Shown in pieces: positions 14,259 to 30,400 of a stretch of 64,000 nucleotides of DNA (the stretch's first letter is position 1; the number at the start of each line of letters is the position of its first letter). The notes below the pieces were generated by a model. It did no database searches and was not told where the DNA came from. It was given only the letters and a program-made list of their open reading frames with translations. The translations under genes were made by a program, and so were the position numbers. Source of the DNA: the human T2T-CHM13v2.0 reference genome, Homo sapiens; assembly GCF_009914755.1 (NCBI RefSeq), contig NC_060930.1; one strand, written 5' to 3'.

Positions 14259-14559
14259 CTATGCTGTCCAGCAACCTAATTCTAACATTACTTTTTCAGT
14301 GCCTATACCTGGTTTGAGAGACATTGAGTTAATATTAATGAGTTAATAAACATTCGACACATTTTCATTCTATATTTGTATGAGTCACATTTTTAACTTT
14401 TTGAAAATTATACTTTGACAATTTTTCCCATTAAAACGTGGAATAGTGGGGAAGCAAGAATTTAGGCCAAGAAGGTAGTCGAAGATGACCAGAAAAGGCC
14501 CAGGAACCAAGGCCAATAAAACAGTCTCCCTATTGATACTCTTTCTCTCTCATGGATGG

Positions 14560-14915
14560 TTTATTCTAACTACAGCAGACAAAGTGATCCTTTCAAAACC
14601 TAAGTTGGGTTATGTCAGTTTTTTTGTTTTGACCCCACCAGTGGCTACAGATATCACCCAAAGTTAAAGCAAAGCTCTTGTTATGCCCTAGAAGAATCTG
14701 GGATCTGCTGCTTTTATCAGCATTCTCTTTTCCCCAACCTGCTTTATTTTTTTTCCATAGCACTTAGCACCATACGGAATCCTATACACTTGTTTATTTC
14801 TGTCTCCCCGCACTGGAATTTAAGTTCCTTGAGAGCAAAGACTGTGTTGTCCACTGCTCTCTCAGTGCTTAGAACAATGGCATGAAATAGATGCTCAATA
14901 AATATTTATTGAAAT
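14560..14915 (+). mobile_element. L2 3' end
   Basis: Ends GATGCTCAATAAATATTTATTGAA. Confidence 0.75.
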
Positions 14916-15802
14916 ATGATTTCCTTTAGAGAGGGGTAGAATATAAGCAGTTTGAGGCTCGAAAAGAAGGTATGAAATAATTATTCTGGAAAAAATAAAC
15001 TTACGAAAAAATAAATGTATTAGGTATATGTAATACCATTGCCAGGCAATATTGAATGCCTATTTGAGATCCGTGGGCACAGTTTTAAGGTATAATCAAT
15101 AGACCTAATTAAGTGTTCTCGTCAGCAATGTTTAGTTGTTCAGGTGACAGTGTAGAGCAGCATAATGGTTGGGCTTAAAATTGTTGGGACATTGCCTAGG
15201 CCAGTATGATGAAAGGAGAGTGCACCATATCACCTTACACATCCCACCTGACCCAGTTTCCAATGCCTTCCCACCTTCCCAAACCGTTCCACTGGGTCCT
15301 TTGTAACTCATGATCTATCATCTGTAATCTCTTTTCTTCAATATCTTCTCTAAACCGTCCCTTTACCCTCTTTGATGGAACAAAAGCTGACTATCTCTTG
15401 ATGACCTCACTTTTGCTATGCTTCATGGCCTCTATAGATTTTGTGGAGCTTCCTCAGGAGCAGCCCCTAGTTTGAGGGTAAGAGGAGCTCAGTGAGCATT
15501 CCAGTCCCCAAGCAGAGCAGCCCACCTTGACCTGCTTTCATGATTGGAATTCCACAGAAGATTATTTTCAAGTTTCCCCTAGGGGAAAAAATAGTTTGGA
15601 AACCACTGTTTTGTTACATTTTGCAGTGGGCTAATGTCTGCTGTGTGTCTCCAGTCCCCATTTCCTAGGTTATCCTGATCCTGTTCCATCACTGTGCATT
15701 GGTATATGAGGAGAGAGAGCTTAGCCTTTCAGCACATAGGTCTCTGGATCTGAAGGAGCCACATTTGAACCTGTTGTAGAAACTATCCCACACACTACCC
15801 AA

Positions 15803-16047
15803 AGATTCTAGACTTTGAACTTTATACTATGACGTGATTGGAGTTTTGGGTTGTCTCCCTTGGAAGAGGTTTATTACCACAGTAAAACCTAGTCACCCAA
15901 ATACACCTTTGCTGGTTTCTGAGGTTATCCTGATTCCAGACTTTGAGATTCTAGACTGAGCTTTATACTATGACATGGTCAGACTTTTGGGTTGTCTCCC
16001 TTGGAAGAGGTTTATTACCACCACAGCAAAACCTAGTCATCCAAATA
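15803..16047 (+). repeat. ~100-bp direct repeat, two copies (15803-15903 and 15946-16047)
   Basis: Shared AGATTCTAGACT..CTTTATACTATGAC..TTTTGGGTTGTCTCCCTTGGAAGAGGTTTATTACCAC..AAAACCTAGTCA.CCAAATA. Confidence 0.9.
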
Positions 16048-16127
16048 TATAGTTCTTTGCTGATTTCCTCTCTGCTATTTTCTCTGGTTCACTCTTTTGG
16101 AACGTTTTTTTATTTGGATGTTAAATC

Positions 16128-16424
16128 TTTTTTCTTTTTTTTGGAGACAGGGTCTCATTCTGTTGCCCAGGCTGGAGTGCAGTGGCAAAATCATAGCTCA
16201 CAGTAGCCATGAACTCCTGAGCTTAAGGGATCCTCGGCCGTCTAAGTAGCTGGAACTACGGACACATGCCACCATGCCCAGCTAAAATTTTTGTGTTTAT
16301 TTTTTGTAGAGATGGGGTCTGACTGTGTTGCCCAGGCCAGTCTCGAATTCCTGGCCTCAAGCAATCCTCCTACCTCTGCCTTCCAAAGCTCTGGAATTAT
16401 AGGTGTGAGCCACCAGGCCCAGCC
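16128..16424 (-). mobile_element. AluJ-like
   Basis: Reverse dimer; TSD GATGTTAAA. Confidence 0.92.
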
Positions 16425-16439
16425 AGATGTTAAACCTTA

Positions 16440-17140
<701 letters not shown>

Positions 17141-17290
17141 CCTCCTAGATGGTTACTTAAATTTTCTCAACTTCTAATGTCCTCCTATTTTTTCATCTCT
17201 TTGTATATTTTTATTGTACTTCCTAGAAATTTCATTAACTTTGTTCTTCAATGCTTCTACTGAGTTTTTTCATTTCTGCTATACTTTTAA

Positions 17291-17580
<290 letters not shown>

Positions 17581-17621
17581 GTAGATGTTACGTCCTTTTA
17601 AAGTTTTTTTCTTCCTCCTAG

Positions 17622-17997
<376 letters not shown>

Positions 17998-18104
17998 TAG
18001 TGAACCTTGGCTTTCTGCTTACATTTAAGAGAGAGGCACTACAAAGCTGAATGGAAACTCTGTGTTCATGGATAGTTCTTTTAGACTATGAGTTTCAGTA
18101 TAGG

Positions 18105-18295
18105 CCAATGGTTCTCAATGGGGACAGTTTTGCTCCCCACCCTTGTGGTATATTTAGCAATGTGTGGAAACATTTTTGGTTGTCAAAACTGGGAGAAGGG
18201 TATGCTACTAGCATCTAATGAATAGAGACAAAGAACACTGCAAAACATCTTAAAATGCACAGGATGGTCACCCAAAACAAAGCATTGAAAACATC
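18105..18295. mobile_element. MER20 (hAT-Charlie)
   Basis: CAATGGTTCTCAATGGGGACAGTTTTGCTCCCC...CATTTTTGGTTGTCAAAACTGGG...GCTACTAGCATCTAATG. Confidence 0.8.
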
Positions 18296-18796
18296 AGTAT
18301 TTTAAATCATTTCTCTTGGGCAGATTATCCTCTTCACAGAAGATTCTGCCAGCATGCTACCTTGCTGCCAGTAATCCCTGATCCTGGCAGTGGAAAAAAG
18401 CTGGCAACTCAACTTCAGTGAATGAACTTTTACTTAATCTCCCTGTTTTAGCAAAATGTCCCTGCCCTCAAATATGCTTATGTCTCTTGGTCCAGACTCC
18501 CCTTGCTTCACTTTCTCCAGATATCAGGAATTTAGTGGTATTCTGCTGGAGTTGGGATGGGACATAGAATAGTAGGGAGGGTATTGTAAATAGCCTTTCA
18601 ATCATCTTGTTTTGGTTCTTCTTTTATCTACATTTTCAGAGGTACCTGATGTCTTTCCACTTCTTGGGCTCTTTGAGGGTTCTATAATATAATTCAGTTG
18701 CCTTTTTTTCCTACTACAGGCATACAAATTAGCTTTTCTGCTTAGGTTTTGCTAAGTCAGTTTTTATTAGTCCACCTGCTTTCCCGCTTCCAATAT

Positions 18797-19235
<439 letters not shown>

Positions 19236-20244
19236 AAGAACCAATATTTTTACTTTTTCTTTTCTCCTGTTCTCTATGTTCTTATGTGTCTTTTTAAAAA
19301 TTATTTTACAAATCTTGTGGGATTTCAGGAAGGAACAGATCTAATCATGTGTTCAACTTGCTGTCTTAAGTGGCAGTCTTTTCTGTGTTTTACCTTGCTC
19401 TTTATTAAAGTCAGCATGTATATCTTATGTCACCTCCAGCCATGAGATGATCTTATGGAGAATGTGGACTGAGTCCTATTTATATTTGTATACTTAGAAG
19501 CACTTAGCCTGATGTCTTGTACAGAGAAGGTACCCAAAACATTTGTTACATTGAATTTGTGTAATACAAATGCACATCTGCTTTAAGTGCTTTTCAGATT
19601 GATACATCAATGGAAACATATTTTTATTTTTGTAATTCTTTAATGGGCAAAACAATGCTGTAAGTAAATGCCCATAAGCTTTGCATGCCTGAGCAGAATG
19701 ACCTGAACACATGGGACATGTAAATCATGTTGTTCATTCATGATACTTTGCAAAAGTCTAATCTACTCACTCCAGTGGCCAATCTCATTTCCAGAACTCT
19801 CATCTGAAGATAGATTTTTTTTCACCTGAAGATAATCTTATAGCTTCGGCATTAGGAGATATTTTTAAAACAATGAAGTTGAATCACATTTACTTGACAG
19901 ACTCTCTGGTGGTAAATGTATGTTTCTAATAGATGAGTGGTATTAGAACTTTGAGTTTGTATCAACATAATTTTAATAAATATTTGTTCAATTTACAAAT
20001 GAAAATATACATTAAAAATATGTGTGCTTCAGTAGATATATATTATCAGTGACCAAAGTCTGATCACCGAACCCATTTCCTAATATAACAGAAACTCTCT
20101 TGTTAATTAGATGCCTAATATGTGGTACTATTTCTTGGAAAGCCAGCATTCATAAGTAGAAATGAGAATGGCGCCACTCACTATTACTCCTGGTGACCCA
20201 CTAGCAAAATTTTTGCTTCCTGTTCTAATGACTTTATGCCCTGC

Positions 20245-20520
20245 TGGGCTAGAGGTCTACAGTCCCAAAAGGAGGAGTGCATCCACTAGGAGATACAAGA
20301 ATGACGGAATTGGAATTTAAGATTGCCACCTGGCCACTTTGGGCTCCCTCTAAATCAATGGTTAAAGAAGAGAGTTACTGTGCTGGCTAGGGTGATTGAT
20401 CCTAACTACCAAGGGGAAATTGGACTACCACTCCACAATGGAAGTAAGGAAGAGTATGTCTGAAATACAGGAGATCCCTTAGGGTATGTCTTAGTATTAT
20501 TATGCCCTATTATTAAGATT
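20245..20520 (+). pseudogene. Decayed ERV-L dUTPase
   Basis: dUTPase motif III-like VIDPNYQGEIG at 20392-20424; in-frame TGA at 20461 and upstream frameshifts. Confidence 0.85.
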
Positions 20521-20759
20521 GATGGAAAACTATAACAAGCTAATCTAGGCAGGATTGTGAATGGCCCAGGCCTTTCAGGAATGGAGGTTTGGATTGCCCT
20601 ACAGGTAAAGGATCACCACCAGCTGAGATGCTTGCTGAGATCAAAGATAATACAGAATGGGCGGTAGAAGGTAGTTATAAATACGAGCTATGACCATGTG
20701 ACCAGTTATAGAAATTAGGAATATAATTATTATGAGTATTTCTCCATATTTTGTTATGA

Positions 20760-20793
20760 ATATGTATATATATATACATATACACATATATAT

Positions 20794-20826
<33 letters not shown>
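20760..20826. repeat. (TA)n/(CA)n microsatellite
   Basis: Seen directly. Confidence 0.9.
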
Positions 20827-20827
<1 letters not shown>

Positions 20828-20841
20828 CCCAAATATCTTTA

Positions 20842-21190
<349 letters not shown>

Positions 21191-21445
21191 GATATATTGA
21201 CTTCATATTATCATAGTATAATATAATATGTAAGTATTGTTAATTTTATATCATAATATTTGTTATAAAATATCAAGGAGAAGAGTTAAACATCACTCAA
21301 GGACTTTATCTCCTTTTCTGGAATAGAGGTTAGTGCATGTTCAGTTGTATGAAGATAGTTGTGTCATACTAGGTATAATTATGATCTTGTTATTGTCTTT
21401 ATTTGGAGATACATATAGATGCCAGGTTAACAAGGAATGGATTTA

Positions 21446-21880
21446 TGATGGTTAATTTATTTGATCAAATGTCATTCTGGGTGCATCTGTGAGAGCATTT
21501 GTGGATGAAATTAACATTTGAATTGGTAGACTGAGTAAAGCAGATTGCCTTTCCTAGTGTGGGTGGGCTTCATTCATTCAGTCCATTGAAGACCTGAAGA
21601 GAATAAAAATGCTGAATAAGAGGGAACTCCTCCTTCCTGACTGTTGAGCTCGTACATCAGTTTTTTCTGCCTTAGGACTCAAACTGAAACATTGACTCTT
21701 TTTGAATCTCCAGCCTGCTGGCTTTCAGACTGGAACCACACATTAACTCTCCTGGGTCTCCAGCTTGCAGAATGCAGATGTTGGGACTTCTCAGCGTCCA
21801 TAGTCATGCGGGCCATTTGTTGTAATTAATCTCATTGTCTACCCATATCTAGATATATATGTTTCCTATTGGTTCTGCTG
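21446..21880 (+). mobile_element. MLT2-family LTR (3' LTR of the ERV-L)
   Basis: TGATGGTTAATTT...GATGAAATTAACATTTGAATTGGTAGACTGAGTAAAGCAGATTGCC...CCTATTGGTTCTG. Confidence 0.85.
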
Positions 21881-21947
21881 TGACTCATAAAGATACATTA
21901 ATTATATGTAGAAAAGTGATTGCACTATTAAAAAATCTTGTTGTTCA

Positions 21948-22250
21948 GGCTGGGCATGGTGGCTCACGCCTGTAATCTCAGCACTTTGGGAGGCCAAGGC
22001 AGGTGTATCACCTGAGCTCAGGAGTTCAAGACCAGCCTGGCCAACATGGTGAAACCCCACCTCTACTAAAAATACCAAAAAATACAAAAATTGGCTGGGC
22101 GTGGTGGTCCATGCCTGTAGTCCCAGCTGCTTGGGAGGCTGAGGCAGGAGAATCACTTGAACCCCAGCAGGCAGAAGTTGCAGTGAGCCAGGATCACGCC
22201 ACTGCACTCCAGCCTGGGCAACAAAGCAAGAGTCTGTCTCAAAAAAAAAA
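21948..22250 (+). mobile_element. Alu
   Basis: TSD TTGTTGTTCA. Confidence 0.95.
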
Positions 22251-23339
22251 TTTGTTGTTCAATGCTTATTAATAACCACATATGGATTTTATGTGTCTCT
22301 TGACAGTTTTAAAGTATGTTTTATTATTTATTGCTTATTATCCATTTAATTTCCTACGACATATAGATTACTAGAGAAATCAATAAGATGTTATTTCTAT
22401 GCAGCATGTCTTTAAAAATATATCAACATTTAAATATTCTTTGTAAATAAGTTATATTTCATATTCACTGTGTACATAACAACAGAAGTATAGGAAGCAA
22501 ATGTTACAGTCAAGATGAAGTGTACGAATGTTCATGTCTCAGAGAAGTGGATGTTCCTGAATTTACCTATGGCAACATTTGGAACAAGTACCACTTGTTA
22601 CCATCCTTATGCTATGCTTAGTTGAAGACAGGGCCAGTGTTAAAATGTTTGCTTCTTTTATAAGCTATTTTATTTTCCTTTCAATTCTAATTTTGCCCAA
22701 TTGCTCTATTCAAATAAAGTCATTTAATCTCTGCTCTTCTGATTAATATTTTAATTATTCAGTCCTTTCCAGCTGTGTCCACCCCAGCTCCTTATGAAGA
22801 ATGGAGAACTATGCTTTCTATATTTGAATGATAAAACTATTGACAGCGTCATTTTTTTCTTCCAAAAAAAAAAGAAATTACCCACCAAAAAAAAAAAAAA
22901 ACCATTCTGCTGCTCAGAATACCACAGAGAAGATGTTGCATATCGGTTCCCTTTTATTGGTCTATTAACATTTTGAAGACTATGACAACTATTTAAACTA
23001 ATTATTTGGTTTTACAACAAAGAAATATGTATACATTTATGTATACATATAAATCTTGGATTAGTCAGATGTAAGCCAAGATCTCATTTTGATTCTCCTG
23101 GGGTACCTTGTTTGTATTCCTAGGTCTTCAGAGACTAGATTCTCTGTGCATCTGAGGATAACTACTGGCTGATCTGGTAGAGGCAATAATGTGACTCTGG
23201 GACTGACTAATAGACTTCCATCAAGACAGCCTATCTGTTGGATCTTTATTGGCTTTAAGAAACAGAAACCAATGCAAGTTAACTTCAGCAAAAAGTGAGA
23301 AATTCAAGGATGAAACCAAGACCATGTCTCAGGATGGGA

Positions 23340-23446
23340 CTGGAACTATGCACCAAACACTCTGGAACTATACACCAAACACTCTGGAACTATGGACCAA
23401 ACACTCTGGAACTATGCACCAAACACTCTGGAACTAGCACCAAACA
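23340..23446 (+). repeat. 22-bp minisatellite, ~5 copies
   Basis: Unit CTCTGGAACTATGCACCAAACA, head-to-tail with no spacers. Confidence 0.95.
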
Positions 23447-23519
23447 GTCTGTCTGTCCTTGTTCTAGTCTACATGTCTTCCCAGGCTTTGTGGTGGAAAA
23501 TATAGCTACACAAACTCCA

Positions 23520-23963
<444 letters not shown>

Positions 23964-23970
23964 TAATATA

Positions 23971-24488
23971 TGTCACAGGTGAGCAGCAACTATCTGGGCT
24001 GGTGGTGAGGCATGGGATTTGGGGGGGATAAGAATTTACCAAGACAGTTGTAGGTAAAGAAAGGCAGATTTATTAAAGAAAGTATGAGAATATGTTGCCA
24101 GGGAGCAGTGGGCAGAACCAGCAGAAGAGGAGCTGACTACAAGGAAACAAAGGCTTGCTGGAGATTTTACTGGATGGTTCTTGGGCTGATTGATAATGCA
24201 AAGGTAGCAGAAAGCCAGCTTGTATTCTTCTGTCAGCCAACGTGTTTGATGATGAATTGAAGCGTTTGGTGATAAGCAGAAAGTTTGTGAGTTGTGTATG
24301 TTATTTGCTCAGGAGGACTATATGTCCTGGGCCATAAAGAAAGACAGACTTGTAGCTTATCTGCTTCCTCTTTTCATTTATATGTCCTGGACCATGAAGA
24401 AAGGCAGACCTATAGCTTATTTGCTTTATCTCTTTGCTTTCCCTTCATCCTGCCAGTCTGGCTCCTTTTCCCTAATTAGGACTCCATA
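23971..24488 (-). mobile_element. Solo ERV1-class LTR (MER83/MER84-like, subfamily uncertain)
   Basis: Minus strand begins TATGGAGTCCTAATTAGGGAAAAGGAG and ends ...TGACA; internal 60-bp-period repeat at 24319-24426. Confidence 0.7.
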
Positions 24489-24804
24489 ATATATAACCAT
24501 GGCTGCTTGGAAGCCAGCCTGTGACCATGTGGATGAGCATAGAAGAGAGAAGTTTGTAGAAAAGGGGAACTGGGTGCCAAACCTAATAGGTGTCCAGTGC
24601 AAGGCCCTCTCTTCCCTCTTAATGGAAAATGGATCTCAAACAGTGCCCTTCTGGAGACCACACTGGGGAAAAGGAGGTAGATGGTATTAAGTAGGTTTGG
24701 TAAAGGGAGGAATTTTGAGGCAACTGGACCTTTCTGGGCCCCTTCAATTCATACCATATGTATGGTTCTTTAAAAAAATATAAAGCTCATTATTTGGGCC
24801 ATTC

Positions 24805-25018
24805 TTTTTTAAACTTATATTTTATGTTATATTTTTAAATTTTTATCTATTTACCTATTTTGAGACCAGGTTATGAGACTGGCTAATTTTTGTATTTTTG
24901 GTAGAGACAGGGTTTCACCATGTTGCCCAGCCTGGCTCAAATTCCTGGGCTCAAGCGATCTACCTGCCTTGGCCTCCCAAAGTGCTAAGATTACAGGGAT
25001 GAGCCACCACGTCCAGCC
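24805..25018 (-). mobile_element. Monomer-like Alu derivative (left arm + linker + short unique 3' segment + A tail)
   Basis: Left arm, AAAAATACAAAAATTAG linker, then CCAGTCTCATAACCTGGTCTCAAAATAGG instead of a right arm. Confidence 0.8.
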
Positions 25019-25467
25019 GCATATTTGGGACATTTTTATACAAAAAGATTTAATTGATTGTGGCAAACTTATTCTTGGATTATGATCCATCTTCAAATGC
25101 AAATATATGTTGATTATCTGGATCATCTTTGCAGAGATTCAACTCAGTTACCATAGTGCCTGAAATGACCATAATGTACAAGCAGTGACTCCGTTGTTTC
25201 CATTCTGTAAACCAATGGGTTTCAGCCTCAAATCCCGGGACATCTAAGGATCTACAAGGAAAAAACTGAAGACCCATAAGGTATTTCTAGTATTTCATAA
25301 AGTCTAAAGCAAATGATGCACTTACCTGGCACAAAGCTATGATGGACTACCTAAAACATCAAAACATCAAAACCATCAAATTTCTCTGCTTTAGAATAAA
25401 ATGATATCAACTCAGGACAGCAAGTCTGTTATTCCATGCTGGTCTTAAGTTCTGTTTTAGTGCATGC

Positions 25468-25491
25468 GTGTGTGTGTGTGTGTGTATGTGT
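25468..25491. repeat. (TG)n microsatellite
   Basis: Seen directly. Confidence 0.85.
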
Positions 25492-26312
25492 ATCCTCGGT
25501 TATACATTCTGAGCAAATGAATGCCATCCTGGGAGAAATGGGATTTAATGTCATCCTGGGAAGCATTATATGTGGCCACTACTATTCAGGTTATATTCTA
25601 AAAATTGTAGAAAAAGAAATTTAAGGCTCAAGGTTAATAAAGTCATCTTTCCTGGAGATCTTTAAACATGAGATAATTAGCCACCTCTCTAAAATAATTA
25701 CCTCTAGAAGATCCTTCTACTTCCTCTCAAAATATATTAAAATATCATCTACCCCATTATTAGAAGTTGTACTGATTAGGATAGTATATTGTCTCAATGA
25801 CGGAGACCTGTGGATAATAAATTGTCTCCAGAGATGCTCTGCATTTACAGCATAAATTCTGGGCCACCCTCTGAATGTCAAGACTTTGAGTGTTCTGGAT
25901 TTCCTGTAATTTCTGGTCTCCATGTTTGCAAGCACTTGGTTATTTCTCTGCTTCATCCCATGACTGGGCCCTCTGGATTTGGATGTAAAGAACAGGATGG
26001 ATAGAAAAGGTTTCTATGATACTAATCTACTTATAGTCCAGGTTATCAGAAACCTTTCAGGCCTTAGGCACTTATACATATAATTTCCAGAAATCCACTT
26101 CGGAGCAAAGTCACTCCTCTTTCTTATAGTTAACTGATATCAATAGGTCATTTTTGGCAGCCTCACCAAGGCTCACAGGTCTACACTAAATTGCTGTTCC
26201 AACGCACCATTCAGAAAAGCAATTAATCTCAATTCAAATGAGAAGCATGTTTAGGGTGGTATGGCTGTAGATGCAAATCACCTTTAAATATACCCTCTGT
26301 TTCAGTCTTTGA

Positions 26313-26370
26313 AATGGTATTTCTAAATTTGAAAAAAAGTTAATGGTATTTTTAAATTTGAAAAAATGTT
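26313..26370 (+). repeat. 29-bp tandem duplication
   Basis: AATGGTATTTYTAAATTTGAAAAAAWGTT twice. Confidence 0.85.
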
Positions 26371-26508
26371 AGAAGACTCAAATTCTAGTAAGTATTAGTT
26401 TTTTAAAGCATTGTTTAAAGTTACATATTTATTAAAAATCAATTCATATGTGGTGGACAAATCACTTCCTAAACGTGCATCTTTGTGAGGCTATAAAAAA
26501 GTGGGAGA

Positions 26509-26816
26509 GGACCAGGCGTGGTGACTCATGCCTGTAATCCCAGCACTTTGGGAGGCTGAGGCGGGTGGATCACGAGGTCAGGAGTTCAAGACCAGCCTGA
26601 CCAACATGGTGAAACCCCGTCTCTACTAAAAATACAAAAATTAGCCAGGCATGGTGGCGCGTGCCTGTAATTCCGCTACTCAGGAGGCTGAGACAGAAGA
26701 ATTGCTTGAATCTGGGAGGCGGAGGTTGCAGTGAGCCGAGATAGCGCCACTGCATTCCAGCCTGGGAGGCAGAGAGAGACTCCATCTCAAAAAAAAAAAA
26801 ACAAACAAAAAAAAAA
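26509..26816 (+). mobile_element. Alu (AluS-like)
   Basis: TSD AAAAAAGTGGGAGA. Confidence 0.95.
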
Positions 26817-27488
26817 GTGGGAGAAGTAGGTAGGACATGTATTAAGGAGAGTAAAGTCTTCTCCTCACCCTTGAATGCTTGTTCAGGATGTTCTTTGTAA
26901 AGCACATGTGCTGAAAATTCCCCTTTTCTTCCTTGAAGCATCTGTGAGCCTTTCTTTTTTAGATAAAATGAGGCTTTTTGGTGGACACATGACAAGGAAG
27001 AGATTCAATATAACAAGTAATCATGTTGTTTTAAAAAGCTCCATCTCAAATTAAGTTTACGCATGCTAGCCTTTTAAGGCTGTGGGTTGCAACATGTGAA
27101 CAATTTTAAAGTGTAACATTTCATCTACGGGTTCGGAGTAGCTTTCAATTCCCTTACTAGTGTGCTTCTAATTAAATCTTAATTGTACCATTCATTGTGA
27201 AATGAAAGAAATGCTGTTATACTGGGTTTTTCCTAAGGGGAAATCGAGATGGCCCTCATAAAAAACTACGTCATCCATGGAAAAGGAATAAAACTATGTG
27301 GAAATGAGCCATAAAATTAAAGCCTAACATTTGGATTTGCATAATTAAAAAATTATCACAAGTAATACCTTTTTTGATAGACCCAAGTGATTTAAATATA
27401 GGTGATTAGTTATTATAAATCATTTGAATGCATGAAGAACACTGAGTAAGTGGCAGGCAACATGTAATGAAAATGATATATGCAATAA

Positions 27489-27835
<347 letters not shown>

Positions 27836-27839
27836 AATA

Positions 27840-28118
27840 ATTTTTTTTTTTGAGACAGGGTCTCACTCTGTTGCCCAGGCTGGAGTTCAGTATATGATCA
27901 CAGCTCACTGCAACCTCGATCTCCTGGGTTCATGATCTTCCTGCTTCAGCCTCGTGAGTAGCTGGGACTACAGGCATGTACCAACATTCCTCGCTAATAT
28001 TTGTGATTTTTAGTAGAGATGAGGTCTCTCTATGTTGCCCAGGCTAGTCTCCAACCCCTGAGCTCAAGCAATCCTCCTATCTCAGCCTCCCAAAGTGGTA
28101 TGAACCAGCACATGTGAC
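27840..28118 (-). mobile_element. AluJ-like
   Basis: Diverged reverse dimer directly after the previous Alu. Confidence 0.9.
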
Positions 28119-28392
28119 CTTTATTTTATATAATTTTCTATATCTGACCTATTCCAATTTTGTGTAGGCTCCTGTGCCACTCTATCACTGTTTTAATCAA
28201 TGTCATTAGTGTTATTCATAACTCTCAAACTGAAGCAACCAAGATGTCCTTCAATAGGTGCATAAACTATGGTATATCCACATGATGGCCTATTTTTTGA
28301 AAATTAAAAAAATATCAAGCCATAAAAGATAGGGATAAACCTCAAATGCATATTGCTAAGTGAAAGAAGCCAGTTTAAAAATACTACATGCT

Positions 28393-28725
28393 GGCCGGGC
28401 ACGGGGGCTCACGCCTGTAAATCCCAGCACTTTGGGCACTTTGGGAGGCCGAGGCGGGCAGATCACGAGGTCAGGAGATTGAGACCATTCTGGCTAACAC
28501 AGTGAAACCCTGTCTCTAGTAAAAAAATAAATTAAAAAAAAAATTAGCTGGGCTTGGTGGCGGGCACCTATAGTCCCAGCCACTTGGGAGGCTGAGGCAG
28601 GAGAATGGCATTAACCCAGGAGGCAGAGCTTGCAGTGAGCCACGATTGCACCACTGCACTCCAGCCTGGGAGACAGAGCGAGATTCCGTCTCAAAAGAAA
28701 GAAAAAGAAAAAGAAAAAAAAAAAA
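28393..28725 (+). mobile_element. AluY-like
   Basis: TSD ACTACATGCT; 9-bp internal duplication GCACTTTGG. Confidence 0.95.
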
Positions 28726-29446
28726 CTACATGCTATGTGATTCTAACTATATGGCATTTCTGAAAAGGTAAAACTGCAGAGACAAAAAAATTTGTGGTTG
28801 TCAGGGGTTTGTGAGGAGCAAGGAGGGCTGAACAAGTGAAGTACAGGGGATTTCGAGGAGTGATGAAACTATTCTGTCTGATACGCTAATGGTGGCTACA
28901 TGATTACTATGCATTTGTGAAAACTGTAGAAGTTTCTAGCAGAAAAGGTGAACTTTAATATTAGGCAAATGTAAAAAAATAGTCATTTAGGATGTTGGAG
29001 GATAACAGGACAGAATGCATACAGTGACAAGAAAATGAAACTGTATTATAAATATACAAAACAACCTCACTGAGGAGGGTGGGCAGTAGAGGGGGTTCTG
29101 ATCTAAGTAACTTTGGAAATGAGTAGAATCTATAAGACTAAATACATCCTAGTCAACATACTACTGGAAGTCCTAGCCAGAGCAATTGGGGAAAAGAAAG
29201 AAATAAAAGGCATCCAAATTGGAAAAGAGAAAGTCAAATGATCTCTGTTTATTGATGACATGAAAACCTCAAGACTTCTCCAAAATACTCCTAGACTTGA
29301 TAAATGTTTTCAGTAAAGTTTCAGGATACACAATTAACGTGCAAAAGTGAGTAGCATTTCTATACACCAATAATGATCAACTTGAGAACAAAATAAAGAA
29401 GTCACTCCAACTTACAATAGCCACACATAAAAATAAAATACCTAGG

Positions 29447-29841
<395 letters not shown>

Positions 29842-30039
29842 TCATGGATTGGAAGAATTAATATCACTAAAATGACCATACTGCCCAAAGCAATCTACAG
29901 ATTTAATGCATTTCCTATCAAAATACCAATATAACTTTTCACAGAATTAGAAAAACCAATCCTAAAATTCATATGGAACCACACAAAAGCCTGAATAGCC
30001 AAAGCAATCCTAAGCAAAAAAACAAAAAAAACAAAGCTA

Positions 30040-30400
30040 GGCCAGGTGTGGTGGCCCACACCTGTAATCTCAGCAGTTTAGGAGGCTGAGGCAGGATGAT
30101 CGCTAGAGCTCAGGAGTTTGAGACCAGCCTGGACAACATGGTGGGAACCCATATCTACAAAAATCATAAAAAAACAGCTGGGCTTGGTGGCACTCACCGG
30201 TAGTACAAGCTACTTGGGAGTCTGAGATGGGAGGATCACTTGAGCCTGCGAGGTTGAGGCTGCAGTGAGCCAAGATCACGCCATTGCACTCCAGCCTGGA
30301 TGGCATAGCAAGACCCTATCTAAAAAAAAAAAAAAAAAGAAAAAGAAGGAAAGAAAGGAAGGAAGGAAGGAAGGAAGAAAAAGAGAAAGAAAGAAAGAAA
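30040..30400 (+). mobile_element. AluJ-like with (GAAA/GGAA)n tail inside L1
   Basis: TSD AACAAAGCT. Confidence 0.92.

Noticed and set aside
13701-14279. 192-aa plus-strand ORF
   Set aside because: Antisense to an old L1 5' UTR, non-ATG start, no homology recognised
23340-23446. CRISPR-like array
   Set aside because: Units are contiguous without unique spacers, there are no cas genes, and the context is eukaryotic
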